DNA of 64,000 bases. It comes from a virus. The notes beneath the pieces are model-generated. The model had not been told where the DNA came from. It was given only the letters and a program-made list of their open reading frames with translations, and searched no databases. A program made the translations under genes and the position numbers. Location: IMG/VR virus record IMGVR_UViG_3300028844_004984. One strand, written 5' to 3'. Positions within the stretch are counted from its first letter, which is position 1, and the number at the start of each line of letters is the position of its first letter. Shown one piece after another: positions 37,659 to 47,370 of this stretch.

Positions 37659-40600
37659 ATGAAAAAATACATATTAGGTCTACTAATATCAATACCATAT
37701 ATTGTATTAGGTCAAAATTCGTGGGTAAATATTACCCTGTTAACCGATAATTATCCAAGTGAAACGACTTGGAAAATAACACCTCCAGGTGGTTCGCCAA
37801 TAATAGCAAGTAATGATACTAATATGATACCATTGACTGTGTATCAACAGTATTTAGAAGTGGGTGGTGATATTGTTGTTGAGATTGAAGATTCCTTTGG
37901 GGATGGGTTAGATGCAACCGCATTTGGTGGCTCAATAGGATATTTTCTTATTGAGAATTCATGCCAAGATACAATATTATTTGTAGAAGGTAACTTTGGT
38001 TCATTCTACACAGATACCTTAACTATCGCACCATGCGCACCACCAATTGGGGGATGTATAGACCCACTGGCAGTAAATTACGACCCAAACGCAACACTAT
38101 CCGATAGCAGCTGTCTCTATGAAGTTGACTTCACATTAAATATGAATTCGTATCCTGGCACTTTCACAACACCATATGTTGCTGGTACTTTTAATGGTTG
38201 GACTGACCAACACCCAATGACCGATGTGGATGGGGATAATATATGGGAAGTAACAATCCCAATACCAAATGGACCACACCTTTGGAAATTTATGTTAGAT
38301 AATTGGGTAGCTCAGGAATTACCCCCAAATGTACAAAATAACCCATTGGCGAGTTGTTTCGTATTAGACCAATTTGGATTTACAAACAGAGCGTTATTAG
38401 TTTTAGGGCCAACTACATTAGATGATTATTGTTGGGAAAGTTGCTACGATTGTGGTACTATTTTAGGATGTACCGACTCCACATCCAATGTATATAATCC
38501 GTGGGCTACAGATGATGATGGTTCTTGTGTATCAGCAGGTCCATCCGCTTGTGATACTGATGAGACATATATCCAAATAGTATTTACTCCCGATAACTAC
38601 CCATCTGAGAGTGGGTATAAGGTGTATGATGACTTCGGATTATTGTTAGAATATCTGCCAGGTTCACTTAGTGGGTCAACTCCTGGCGTACCTATCACCG
38701 ATTATGTGTGTGTTGATTCAAATGTATTGGTAGACATAGTTCTTGAAGATGTTTATGGAGATGGACTATGTGGTACTTGTTTTGGTGGTACGGTGAATGG
38801 TAATATTCAGGTGTTGGATTGTGATGGTAACGAACTATACAACCTACAAGATACAATATTAGATGGTAACTTTGGATATCAGTTTACAACACCACAATTC
38901 AATACAGGTGATATTTGTTCAGGTGGTGGTACAACCGATGTATATGGGTGTATGAATCCATTTTCTACAACATATGATTCTACTGCAACCGTTGATGATG
39001 GAAGTTGTGGCCCACTAAGAGTAGTAGGATGTACTGATACATCAGCATTTAACTATGACCCTAACGGAAATACAAGTGAGGTTATGACCGGAGACTACAC
39101 CTTAGAAATCTTAGATGGTGCATCAAATGGTTGGGGTGGAACGTGGTTAGGAATTAAGCAAGGTGATTGGTTATCACCACAATATAAATTAGGACCAAAC
39201 GATGGAAACTCATTAACTTTCAATGTTCCTCTGAACATATATGAGCCAATCCAAATCTATTTGTTTACAACACCACAATCAGCAACCTCAATTGCACAGG
39301 TCGCTTACAACCTAACAGGACCTGAGGGTGATACAATTTTAGATGTACCTTATTGGGGGGCACAATCATTACAATTCCCAATCGTTCAAACAACTACGAC
39401 ACAGCCAACTTTTGGTGATGTGTGTATTCCTACAATTATTGGATGTACAGATACTAACTCTTTGAACTACGACCCACTCGCTAACACCGATGACGGTAAT
39501 TGTGTTCAGATAGTGTATGGTTGTACAAACCCACTCGCATTTAACTATGATTCCAGCGCTAACACAGATGATGGTTCTTGCATCTCTGTAGTTGTTGGAT
39601 GTATGGATTCTACGGCATACAATTTTGACCCGAACGCAAACACACCGGGAGCGTGTATTCCAATTATCTACGGGTGTACAGACCCTAACTCATTCAACTA
39701 CAACCCAAGCGCAAATACGGATGATAGCTCGTGTATTCCAATTATCTACGGGTGTACAGATGTAACGTCGTTCAATTACGATTCAACGGCGAACACAGAT
39801 GATGGTTCTTGTATCGCAAGAGTATATGGGTGTACAGATACATCATCGTTTAACTACGACCCTCTTGCTAATACTGATAATGGTTCTTGTGTTGCCATTG
39901 TATTGGGATGTATGACACCAACATCAATCAACTATGACCCACTTGCGAACGTAAACGATGGTTCTTGTATCCCAATCATATATGGTTGTACAGACTCGAC
40001 TTCGTTCAACTATAACCCATTAGCTAATACGGATGATAGCTCGTGTGTACCTATTGTGTTAGGGTGTACTACTCCGACCTCAATCAACTATGACCCACTC
40101 GCTAACACCGATGATGGTACTTGTATTCAACCAATTTATGGATGTACGGACTCGACTTCGTTTAACTACAACCCATTGGCTAATACTGATAATGGCTCTT
40201 GTATACCCATCGTATTAGGGTGTACCACCCCAAGCTCCATTAATTACAATCCCTCAGCTAATACGGATGATGGGAGTTGTATTCCAATCATCTATGGGTG
40301 TACGGATTCGACCTCATTTAATTACAACCCATTGGCTAATACTGATAATGGTTCTTGTGTTGCCATTGTATTGGGATGTACAACACCTACTTCAATAAAC
40401 TACAATCCGAATGCCAACACCGATGATGGTTCGTGTATTCCATTTATTTATGGATGTACTGATTCAACCTCATTTAATTACAATCCATTGGCTAATACGG
40501 ATGATGGCAGTTGTGCTCCATTTATTTATGGATGTACCGACCCCAATGCATTTAACTATGACCCTAATGCGAACACAAACCAAGTATCAGCAACTGATTT

Positions 40601-41171
40601 ATCCAACCCATGCATTCCGATTGTATATGGTTGTACCGATTCTACTGCTGTGAACTACGACCCTAATGCGAACGTAGATAATGGTAGTTGTATCGCTTCG
40701 GTGGTGGGTTGTACGGATGTAGCCGCTTGGAATTGGAATCCAGCAGCGAACGTATCTGATTCGACAGTGTGTTTATATGATGCAGGATGTATTGATGGGC
40801 CAGGAAATCCATATTGGTTGAATGACCCGTGCTATGCGTGGGTAATTGATATAGATAACTATTGCTGTAATAACGAATGGGATAGTGATTGTCAAAATCT
40901 TTATGATTATTGTGAAAATGGATGGCCATTGGATGTTGATGAGCTTGCATTTAACAATATCATAATTTATCCAAACCCAACTAAAAACGTAGTTAACGTA
41001 AGAAGTAATTTGGATATCACATATAGTGTGTATGATTTCTCAGGAAAATTATTGATTGAGAACTCCAAAGATGAGGTAATTGATATGAACCCATATCCAA
41101 GTGGTGTATATCTGATACAAATAAGTTTCAACAACAAAATTTATCGAAGAAAAATTGTGAAGGAGAACTAA
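37659..41171 (+). CDS. Secreted Cys-rich repeat protein with CBM48-like domain and T9SS type A C-terminal sorting domain
   Basis: Signal peptide ending LG|Q; VAGTFNGW...D.D.IWE.T..I..G...WKF; about 21 GCxDxxxxNYxPxANxDDGSC repeats; C-terminal IYPNP...YDFSGK...GVYLIQ...KIVK. Confidence 0.88.
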   Translation: MKKYILGLLISIPYIVLGQNSWVNITLLTDNYPSETTWKITPPGGSPIIASNDTNMIPLTVYQQYLEVGGDIVVEIEDSFGDGLDATAFGGSIGYFLIENSCQDTILFVEGNFGSFYTDTLTIAPCAPPIGGCIDPLAVNYDPNATLSDSSCLYEVDFTLNMNSYPGTFTTPYVAGTFNGWTDQHPMTDVDGDNIWEVTIPIPNGPHLWKFMLDNWVAQELPPNVQNNPLASCFVLDQFGFTNRALLVLGPTTLDDYCWESCYDCGTILGCTDSTSNVYNPWATDDDGSCVSAGPSACDTDETYIQIVFTPDNYPSESGYKVYDDFGLLLEYLPGSLSGSTPGVPITDYVCVDSNVLVDIVLEDVYGDGLCGTCFGGTVNGNIQVLDCDGNELYNLQDTILDGNFGYQFTTPQFNTGDICSGGGTTDVYGCMNPFSTTYDSTATVDDGSCGPLRVVGCTDTSAFNYDPNGNTSEVMTGDYTLEILDGASNGWGGTWLGIKQGDWLSPQYKLGPNDGNSLTFNVPLNIYEPIQIYLFTTPQSATSIAQVAYNLTGPEGDTILDVPYWGAQSLQFPIVQTTTTQPTFGDVCIPTIIGCTDTNSLNYDPLANTDDGNCVQIVYGCTNPLAFNYDSSANTDDGSCISVVVGCMDSTAYNFDPNANTPGACIPIIYGCTDPNSFNYNPSANTDDSSCIPIIYGCTDVTSFNYDSTANTDDGSCIARVYGCTDTSSFNYDPLANTDNGSCVAIVLGCMTPTSINYDPLANVNDGSCIPIIYGCTDSTSFNYNPLANTDDSSCVPIVLGCTTPTSINYDPLANTDDGTCIQPIYGCTDSTSFNYNPLANTDNGSCIPIVLGCTTPSSINYNPSANTDDGSCIPIIYGCTDSTSFNYNPLANTDNGSCVAIVLGCTTPTSINYNPNANTDDGSCIPFIYGCTDSTSFNYNPLANTDDGSCAPFIYGCTDPNAFNYDPNANTNQVSATDLSNPCIPIVYGCTDSTAVNYDPNANVDNGSCIASVVGCTDVAAWNWNPAANVSDSTVCLYDAGCIDGPGNPYWLNDPCYAWVIDIDNYCCNNEWDSDCQNLYDYCENGWPLDVDELAFNNIIIYPNPTKNVVNVRSNLDITYSVYDFSGKLLIENSKDEVIDMNPYPSGVYLIQISFNNKIYRRKIVKEN
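39441..40772 (+). repeat. Tandem array of about 17 x 78-bp (26-aa) Cys-Asp repeats
   Basis: GCTD/GCTT...DDGSC units, alternating A/B types in the middle of the array. Confidence 0.9.
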
Positions 41172-41172
41172 G

Positions 41173-42282
41173 ATGAGAAGTGTATTACTTTTATTGTGTG
41201 TACTACCTTTGATGGTACATGCCCAGCAACCTAAGTTTGGTGAAGAACCATCAAAAAGGTGGACAGAAAGTGAGTTCTCAAAAAAGTTCAAAAGAGAATT
41301 TAAGTTTTCAACATTTTACCTTGCGTATAATGGTAACAACTCGGTTTCTGACGTAACAACATATTCAGTAACCAATGGGTTAACCACAACAACCTCATCT
41401 ACACCATATGATTATTCAGGTGTATTTGGTATCAGAAAAATTCAACGATTCGGATACGAACCAAACATTCAGAACCGATTCAAAAATGGTACTGAGAACT
41501 CATTCTCTGATGCTGCGACAATTGGTAGTAAATCGAGAGGATTTGAATATCTTTTTGAGTTTGATTATAGAAGGCAGCAGGGTAGAGAGTTTTTGAGTCA
41601 AGACCACTTCCTTAGATACATTGCTGATAGATATGTTTTGAAGGTAGAGTATCTTGAGGACGGAATCGCAGATATTGGTTACTTCGAAGCATCACAAAGA
41701 TTTAGACATAAGTTCAACAGAAAGTTTTCAATAAACGCTGGAGCGGTTCAGAGAATCTCAGAACCATATGGATACGACCCACTGGATGAGTGGTTATTGG
41801 CTAATGGTAATATTCACTTTACCAATCTTGCTATCAATGAAATGGGTTATAGTATTGATTTCTCAGATGGATTAGATGGTATTCAATACATAGACCCCAA
41901 CGGAGTAGTAGTTGCTACCAATAGAGAGGTTTGGGAAGCAGTTACAATCCCAAAAGTACTATCAGATTATGTTGATTTAAAAAGAAGTGAGCTACCAGAT
42001 AAGTGGGAATACTCTTTAGTTATTGGTTTCGATTACTACCACTACTCAAAAGATTTTTGGTTACATTCTTGGGCTAATGTACTACCATATCATGTAGATA
42101 TAGATAATGAGTATAGCTATCATACATTCAATAACGGACAGTGGATTGATTATTCGGGTGGATTAATATTCGGATACAGATTCACAAAATCACTTGGGGT
42201 ATTTACTGAAGGGAGATATCACAAGTACTGGAATCGCAGTTGGTACGAATTTTCAACTGGAATTAACTTCATAATATTATAA
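41173..42282 (+). CDS. Putative outer-membrane beta-barrel protein
   Basis: Signal peptide (VHA|Q), aromatic-rich alternating strands, C-terminal YEFSTGINFIIL. Confidence 0.6.
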   Translation: MRSVLLLLCVLPLMVHAQQPKFGEEPSKRWTESEFSKKFKREFKFSTFYLAYNGNNSVSDVTTYSVTNGLTTTTSSTPYDYSGVFGIRKIQRFGYEPNIQNRFKNGTENSFSDAATIGSKSRGFEYLFEFDYRRQQGREFLSQDHFLRYIADRYVLKVEYLEDGIADIGYFEASQRFRHKFNRKFSINAGAVQRISEPYGYDPLDEWLLANGNIHFTNLAINEMGYSIDFSDGLDGIQYIDPNGVVVATNREVWEAVTIPKVLSDYVDLKRSELPDKWEYSLVIGFDYYHYSKDFWLHSWANVLPYHVDIDNEYSYHTFNNGQWIDYSGGLIFGYRFTKSLGVFTEGRYHKYWNRSWYEFSTGINFIIL

Positions 42283-42291
42283 GGATACGAA

Positions 42292-42576
42292 ATGGCAAAG
42301 CAGTTAAGCGAAGAAACTAAAATCACATTAGACTTAAAAACTATTGGCTTAATTTTAGTAGGAGTAGCAACAGTTGTGGGAATGTGGTTCGCACTTCAAG
42401 CGGATATAGAAGAAGCAAAGGAATTACCAGTACCACCTGAGCCGGATGTTACACGAATGGAATACGATATGAAAGACCAACTGATTAGGCAAACAATTAT
42501 GACTACTCAAGAGGATGTGGGTGAGCTGAAAGAAGATATAAAGCGTATTGAAGAAAAAATAGATAGATTAAAGTAA
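42292..42576 (+). CDS. Single-TM coiled-coil membrane protein
   Basis: One hydrophobic helix followed by a heptad-rich tail. Confidence 0.65.
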   Translation: MAKQLSEETKITLDLKTIGLILVGVATVVGMWFALQADIEEAKELPVPPEPDVTRMEYDMKDQLIRQTIMTTQEDVGELKEDIKRIEEKIDRLK

Positions 42577-42585
42577 GGAGAACCC

Positions 42586-42912
42586 ATGAAAAAGTTTTTA
42601 CTGATTCCGTTCCTACTTTTGAGTAATCTCGCCGGAGCTCAGATTGTAGTAATGCATTTCAACGCTGGTTGGAACGAACCAAACGATGTTGAGTGGGTAA
42701 GTGATTTAGAAGATTGTGAAATCGACTTCATTGATATCGCCAAAAAACCCAAACTACAACAAAAATGGAATGTGGTGGTTGTACCAACAGTCATACTCAT
42801 TCAGTACGATGAAGAAAAGAAGAGATATCAAGCGGATTTGAGTTTCAAATTATCCGCTACAAAAGAAGAAATTCAAGATAAAATAGATGAGCTAATATTA
42901 GATGGATTCTAA
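42586..42912 (+). CDS. Secreted thioredoxin-fold protein lacking CxxC
   Basis: Signal peptide; HFNAGWN in place of WCxxC; VVPT cis-Pro motif. Confidence 0.7.
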   Translation: MKKFLLIPFLLLSNLAGAQIVVMHFNAGWNEPNDVEWVSDLEDCEIDFIDIAKKPKLQQKWNVVVVPTVILIQYDEEKKRYQADLSFKLSATKEEIQDKIDELILDGF

Positions 42913-42921
42913 TATCTCAAG

Positions 42922-42929
42922 ATACTTAT
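42922..42929 (+). promoter_or_regulatory. Putative late promoter
   Basis: ATACTTAT. Confidence 0.55.
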
Positions 42930-42961
42930 AGAAGTATAAACAAACAAAAATAGTTGCGGTT

Positions 42962-43207
42962 ATGAAAAAAATTTGGAGTAGAATTATGGCATTTAAAGAT
43001 ATTTTCAAAGATGAAAATGATATGAATGAGAAAAATGTAATTGGTTTCATATCATTCACAGTAATGGTATTATTTGCTGCAGCAGATTTGGTAACTGGCT
43101 ACGTTGGAAAGGACTTGGTTGTTCAGGAGTTTATTTATAACTCATTTGTTATCGTAACACTTGGTTGTTTTGGAATCGCAGGAATTGAAAAGTTCGCGAA
43201 GAAGTGA
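42962..43207 (+). CDS. Small 2-TM membrane protein (holin/antiholin-like)
   Basis: Two hydrophobic segments, basic C-terminus EKFAKK. Confidence 0.6.
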   Translation: MKKIWSRIMAFKDIFKDENDMNEKNVIGFISFTVMVLFAAADLVTGYVGKDLVVQEFIYNSFVIVTLGCFGIAGIEKFAKK

Positions 43208-43638
43208 TGTTCACTTTTAAAAATACATATATGGCAATAGTACTTGGCATAGGTTCATCCATGGGGTTTTTATGTACATATCTAATGGATGTGGCTATGG
43301 GGAATGCTGAACAATATTTAGCCGTAGTTTCAGTTCTATTATTGGATGGGTTCTTTGGTATTATCGCTGGTGCTAGGCGTGAGGGGTTCAAAACATACAA
43401 AGCACTTAGAGTGTTGAAAAACATATTTGCGTGGGAATTAATACTCACAGCAATCCTATCAATCGAATTGGGATTCAAAGGAACTTCTTGGTTATCCGAA
43501 ACAATATTAGCACCATTTATGGTATTCCAGATGATATCAGCGTTAAAGAACGCATCAATGGCGGGATTCATTAAGAATGAACTTCTAAACGAAATCTTAG
43601 ATAGAATCGACTCTCACAAAGGAAATCGCCAAAAATAA
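43207..43638 (+). CDS. Phage holin (holin_4/TcdE-like)
   Basis: LLDGFFGI, multiple TM helices, ISALKN...GF. Confidence 0.7.
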   Translation: MFTFKNTYMAIVLGIGSSMGFLCTYLMDVAMGNAEQYLAVVSVLLLDGFFGIIAGARREGFKTYKALRVLKNIFAWELILTAILSIELGFKGTSWLSETILAPFMVFQMISALKNASMAGFIKNELLNEILDRIDSHKGNRQK

Positions 43639-43659
43639 TCATTTATTAGCGCTACTACC

Positions 43660-43667
43660 ATATTTAT
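43660..43667 (+). promoter_or_regulatory. Putative late promoter
   Basis: ATATTTAT. Confidence 0.55.
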
Positions 43668-43671
43668 TTAT

Positions 43672-43839
43672 ATGAATGGTATAAGAGAATATGGTTGGAG
43701 AGATTGGATTAGCGTTCCTAAGAATAAGGAACTATACAATAAGGATATGTCCGAAGGATTACGGCAATTTAAACTTGAGCAACAACGAAGAGCTAGACAG
43801 TCGCAAGCGGCTGTGTTCAAACACAGAGGGTTGTACTAA
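43672..43839 (+). CDS. Small hypothetical protein (55 aa; not in ORF track)
   Basis: MNGIREYGWRDW...KHRGLY*; stop overlaps the next start. Confidence 0.55.
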   Translation: MNGIREYGWRDWISVPKNKELYNKDMSEGLRQFKLEQQRRARQSQAAVFKHRGLY

Positions 43840-44198
43840 TGGATAGATTAAATACATTGATAGAACTTCTTGAAAAAAAGTATAATGATGTTCCAGTCAA
43901 CGGAGCTGATAAATTACGAATCAGAGAAATAGTACGTGAAGAGATAGAAAGGGTCGCAGAATCCCTTAAAGAAGTAGATGATTCGCAAATCTCGATGGCA
44001 TACTCATCACTCGAACGAGCAATGAAGTACTCAAAAGGTACTTATAAAAAAATGAAAGAGAGTGGTGCAAGGGATGTTGATGGTTGGGTATTTGCTAAAA
44101 TTACTCTTGCTGAAGATTATCTGAAATCGGTTTACAGCTACTTAGATGGTACAGATGGTTTGGATGATACCCCAAACACACCAGATGATGTGGAGTAA
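43839..44198 (+). CDS. Hypothetical protein, putative capsid-associated module
   Basis: LKE| then MA...L.....WV.AKIT.AEDYL..V..YL. Confidence 0.6.
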   Translation: MDRLNTLIELLEKKYNDVPVNGADKLRIREIVREEIERVAESLKEVDDSQISMAYSSLERAMKYSKGTYKKMKESGARDVDGWVFAKITLAEDYLKSVYSYLDGTDGLDDTPNTPDDVE

Positions 44199-44200
44199 TT

Positions 44201-45217
44201 ATGCCAAATTACAATAGAAAAGATATGCCACAAATTAAAACCCAAAATTTGGCTAAAGCATTGGATGCTGTGGCTGATAGGGTCAGGGTATCTAAAGAGA
44301 TGGTTTCCACATCTAAACTGAAGAGTTCTCAAAAAGAACTTTACAACGATAAGGTAAAGGCTATTGCTGATAAGCTAACTTCACCTAAAAAAATGAAACC
44401 GATAATTATATCTAAAGATAATTACATTGTCGATGGCCATCATAGATGGGCAGCCGCAGCCTATAAATTTGGTGATGGGGTTAAAATACCAGCCCACAAA
44501 ATTCACTTAAATGTAAATTCATCTATAAAGTTGTATAAGATGGTAGCTCAATCTATCGGAGAGATGGTTAGTGAACTAAAGGAAGCTATCAACATTCCGA
44601 TTGAGATTGGTGATACTGTTTTGGGTGGTAAGTTCAAAAACAAAAGAATTGTTGTTAAATCAATCAGTAAAAATGAAAAGGGTGATATTACAATCAATGG
44701 TAGACCTCTTCTAAAGTATAGATTGTTAGATGAGTCCACCGCACCAAATCATAATGGTAAATCAGCACCATATGGTAGTGGGTACGATGAACTCAAAGAA
44801 GCTTGCTGGAAGGGCTATAAACAAGTTGGTGGTAAGATGAAAAATGGTAAGATGGTGCCAAATTGTGTACCAATCAACGAAATCCCAATGCCAGACTTGA
44901 AAAAGATTGATACATTTGCTGATAAGAAACTTAATCCAGTTGATGTAGTAATCACAGATAAACACTTCTTTGATAGGTTAAACGACCCTAGAAATGGGAA
45001 AGAGATTACATCAGCAGAGTTAATTGGATTCTTCAAACGATTATCCAAACACAAAAAAACGTTCGTTAATTTTCTCGATAAATACAAATCAGTAGTTGCC
45101 GTAGATGATAGAACTGATATTAACATTCCGTTTATGAAGCGCGCGAATAAAGCAATCGCTAAAACGGTAATGCGTAAAAAAGATTTTAAAACACCCGACA
45201 AAAAGTTGGATATTTGA
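44201..45217 (+). CDS. Modular protein: ParB/Srx-like N-domain plus four small modules
   Basis: PIIIS.D.YIVDGHHRW; modules separated by LKE, LDE, LKE, INE; CWKGY...VPNCVP and HF.DR.ND.RN modules. Confidence 0.7.
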   Translation: MPNYNRKDMPQIKTQNLAKALDAVADRVRVSKEMVSTSKLKSSQKELYNDKVKAIADKLTSPKKMKPIIISKDNYIVDGHHRWAAAAYKFGDGVKIPAHKIHLNVNSSIKLYKMVAQSIGEMVSELKEAINIPIEIGDTVLGGKFKNKRIVVKSISKNEKGDITINGRPLLKYRLLDESTAPNHNGKSAPYGSGYDELKEACWKGYKQVGGKMKNGKMVPNCVPINEIPMPDLKKIDTFADKKLNPVDVVITDKHFFDRLNDPRNGKEITSAELIGFFKRLSKHKKTFVNFLDKYKSVVAVDDRTDINIPFMKRANKAIAKTVMRKKDFKTPDKKLDI

Positions 45218-45236
45218 TAAAAAGTTCGTATATTAA
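45205..45236 (+). promoter_or_regulatory. Bacteroidota-type promoter
   Basis: GTTGG-N19-TATATTAA. Confidence 0.6.
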
Positions 45237-45237
45237 A

Positions 45238-46002
45238 GTGATAAAGTTAAAGAACATACTATTGGAAGGGAAATACGATAGACTCGTTGGTAATATTAAC
45301 AAAGCAATTTTCAAATCAATGAGGAGTGCTATTGGGGGAAGTGGTACGCAGGAAAAACCTAAGAAGTATAAGGGATACGAAGTTCGTAAAGACCCTATAC
45401 CATTTCAGGAGTTATCTGATATGTTTCAAGCAGAGAGTAGAGCTATATATGTGGGGGAGTTTTCAGACGATAAAGCTGGTGTTGATGTAGATGTTGATTT
45501 GAAGTTGGCAATCTCATCAGATGGTGTTATGCCAGGAAAGTTTTACATTGATGGAAATGCTGAAGATGATGAGTTCCCACAAATGGAAGTTATTATTGGT
45601 ATCCATCCAGAAGATGCGAGTAGTGGTAAGGTTTTTTCAAAAATACAACCTGTATTGAGAGATTTGGTTAGACATGAAATAGAACACCTAACACATGGCA
45701 GAGGTTCTGGTTCAGTAAAACCATCTAAGATAATGAGAGGTGATAAGGCAATGCGGCAAAAGATTCGTTCGAATCCAAAGTTGTACTACAAATACTTCTT
45801 ACTACCAAAAGAGGTGGATGCTAACATACATGGGTTGTACTCAAAGGCCAAAACTATGAAACAACCATATCAGAAGGTAGTTGATGATTATTTAGATTCA
45901 TTGAGGGATGATGGTATCATTACCGATAAGAATCGTAAACAGATATACACTAAGTGGAAGAATCGAATTCCAAAGATTGGTGGTATCCCAAAGTTGAAGT
46001 GA
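45238..46002 (+). CDS. Zincin-like metallopeptidase-fold protein with MIKLKNILLE leader
   Basis: HEIEH plus downstream EVDA; GTG start at 45238. Confidence 0.65.
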   Translation: MIKLKNILLEGKYDRLVGNINKAIFKSMRSAIGGSGTQEKPKKYKGYEVRKDPIPFQELSDMFQAESRAIYVGEFSDDKAGVDVDVDLKLAISSDGVMPGKFYIDGNAEDDEFPQMEVIIGIHPEDASSGKVFSKIQPVLRDLVRHEIEHLTHGRGSGSVKPSKIMRGDKAMRQKIRSNPKLYYKYFLLPKEVDANIHGLYSKAKTMKQPYQKVVDDYLDSLRDDGIITDKNRKQIYTKWKNRIPKIGGIPKLK

Positions 46003-46003
46003 T

Positions 46004-46591
46004 ATGAAGAAAGAGGATTTCGTAAATAAGATATTCAATCTGAATGAGGGTAAGATACTCAGAGTATTTGATTTTGATGATACTTTGGCTACAACCACAT
46101 CGAACATCTATGTGAAACACAAAGATGGTACTGAAACTAAGATGGACCCTGCCAAATACGCAAAGTATAATGAGAAGCCAGGTGATGAATACGACTTCAG
46201 AGAGTTCAACGGAATGTTGAACAACCCAAAGGTAATCAAAAAGAATTTGAAACTGCTACAACGTATGTTGGATAACCCACAGAAAAAAGTTACCATACTA
46301 ACGGCTCGTAAGTTGGGATTCCCAGTCAGAAAGTTTTTTAAGGATGAGTATGGTTTGGATGTTTACGTTGTAGCATTGGGTAGTAACAATCCAAAAGATA
46401 AATCTGATTGGATTGAAAAGCATATCAAAAAGGGATACACCGATATCGCATTTATGGATGATTCATCTAAGAACATCAAAGCTGTAGATAGACTGAAGTC
46501 AAAATACCCAAACGTTCGTATCAAAACCCATTTGGTGCGTGAATTTATCGAAGAAGATGTACAAAAATATGTACAAAAGCTAATTCAGTAA
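46004..46591 (+). CDS. HAD-superfamily phosphatase
   Basis: FDFDDTL, ILTAR, K, FMDDS..N. Confidence 0.8.
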   Translation: MKKEDFVNKIFNLNEGKILRVFDFDDTLATTTSNIYVKHKDGTETKMDPAKYAKYNEKPGDEYDFREFNGMLNNPKVIKKNLKLLQRMLDNPQKKVTILTARKLGFPVRKFFKDEYGLDVYVVALGSNNPKDKSDWIEKHIKKGYTDIAFMDDSSKNIKAVDRLKSKYPNVRIKTHLVREFIEEDVQKYVQKLIQ

Positions 46592-46601
46592 CTTAAAATC
46601 A

Positions 46602-46609
46602 ATATTTAT
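46602..46609 (+). promoter_or_regulatory. Putative late promoter
   Basis: ATATTTAT. Confidence 0.5.
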
Positions 46610-46615
46610 AATCAA

Positions 46616-46858
46616 ATGAACTACGAAAAGAAAGTAATGGAAATGGCATATGGGGCCCTTATGAAAAGGGATTTCCAATGGAGTCCAGAGTTTAGTGTGG
46701 AGATGCGCAATCAACTACTAAACTTACTTCTTGAATACTTTACTGATATTGAACATTATGAAAAGTGTGCCAATATTGTAAAGTTACAAAACAAAAGTTG
46801 GGAGATTATGAATGGAAATATTAGCAAAGCAAATACCACAGGAAGTTCAATCAGTTAA
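46616..46858 (+). CDS. Hypothetical protein with UVR-like E.YEKCA motif
   Basis: YF..IE.YEKCA.I. Confidence 0.55.
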   Translation: MNYEKKVMEMAYGALMKRDFQWSPEFSVEMRNQLLNLLLEYFTDIEHYEKCANIVKLQNKSWEIMNGNISKANTTGSSIS

Positions 46859-46973
46859 AGGTTGGATTGTATATGTGATGGATGTTACGGGAAGGCCCAT
46901 CACAGCAGAGATTTGTGATTTAGATTACCTTGTCCCAACTATACTCAAATTCGAATCGATTTTTGATTTATGA
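46812..46973 (+). CDS. Small hypothetical protein (53 aa; not in ORF track)
   Basis: MEILAKQIPQ...FESIFDL*; ATGA overlap with clpS. Confidence 0.5.
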   Translation: MEILAKQIPQEVQSVKGWIVYVMDVTGRPITAEICDLDYLVPTILKFESIFDL

Positions 46974-47191
46974 AACTATTTATACTAAATGATAATGTTA
47001 ATTCGTTTGACCACGTTGTAAGGTGTATTCAGAGATATTTGAATTACCCATATATGCAAGGTTGTTCAATCGCAGATATTGTACATAACACTGGAAAGTG
47101 TTTGGTAAAAGAATCTGATGATGAGGAGCTAATTAAAAGTGTATATGAGATGTTGGTCGAAGAGGGTTTACATCTGAGAATAGAAGGATAA
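46970..47191 (+). CDS. clpS: ClpS N-degron adaptor
   Basis: L.ND.VNSFDHV, VH..GKC.VK. Confidence 0.8.
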   Translation: MKLFILNDNVNSFDHVVRCIQRYLNYPYMQGCSIADIVHNTGKCLVKESDDEELIKSVYEMLVEEGLHLRIEG

Positions 47192-47192
47192 T

Positions 47193-47369
47193 ATGGCAAA
47201 CTCTAATAAAAAATCAAAAGGTTTAGGTGATTCAATCGCCAAAGTAACCGCTGCAGCAAAACTTGATATTATTGCTGAGAAGATTGCACACAAATTGGGC
47301 AAAGAAGATTGCGGTTGTTCAGAGCGACAGGAGAAGCTAAACAACCTATTCCCATACAAAGGAAGGTAA
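47193..47369 (+). CDS. Small phage protein (58 aa; not in ORF track)
   Basis: SKGLGDSIAK.T...DCGC..RQEKLN.LFPY. Confidence 0.65.
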   Translation: MANSNKKSKGLGDSIAKVTAAAKLDIIAEKIAHKLGKEDCGCSERQEKLNNLFPYKGR

Positions 47370-47370
47370 T

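Noticed and set aside
39441-40772. DGR template/variable repeat or CRISPR array
   Set aside because: The repeats are in-frame protein repeats with mostly synonymous differences, no adenine-specific pattern was evident, and no reverse transcriptase is in the window.
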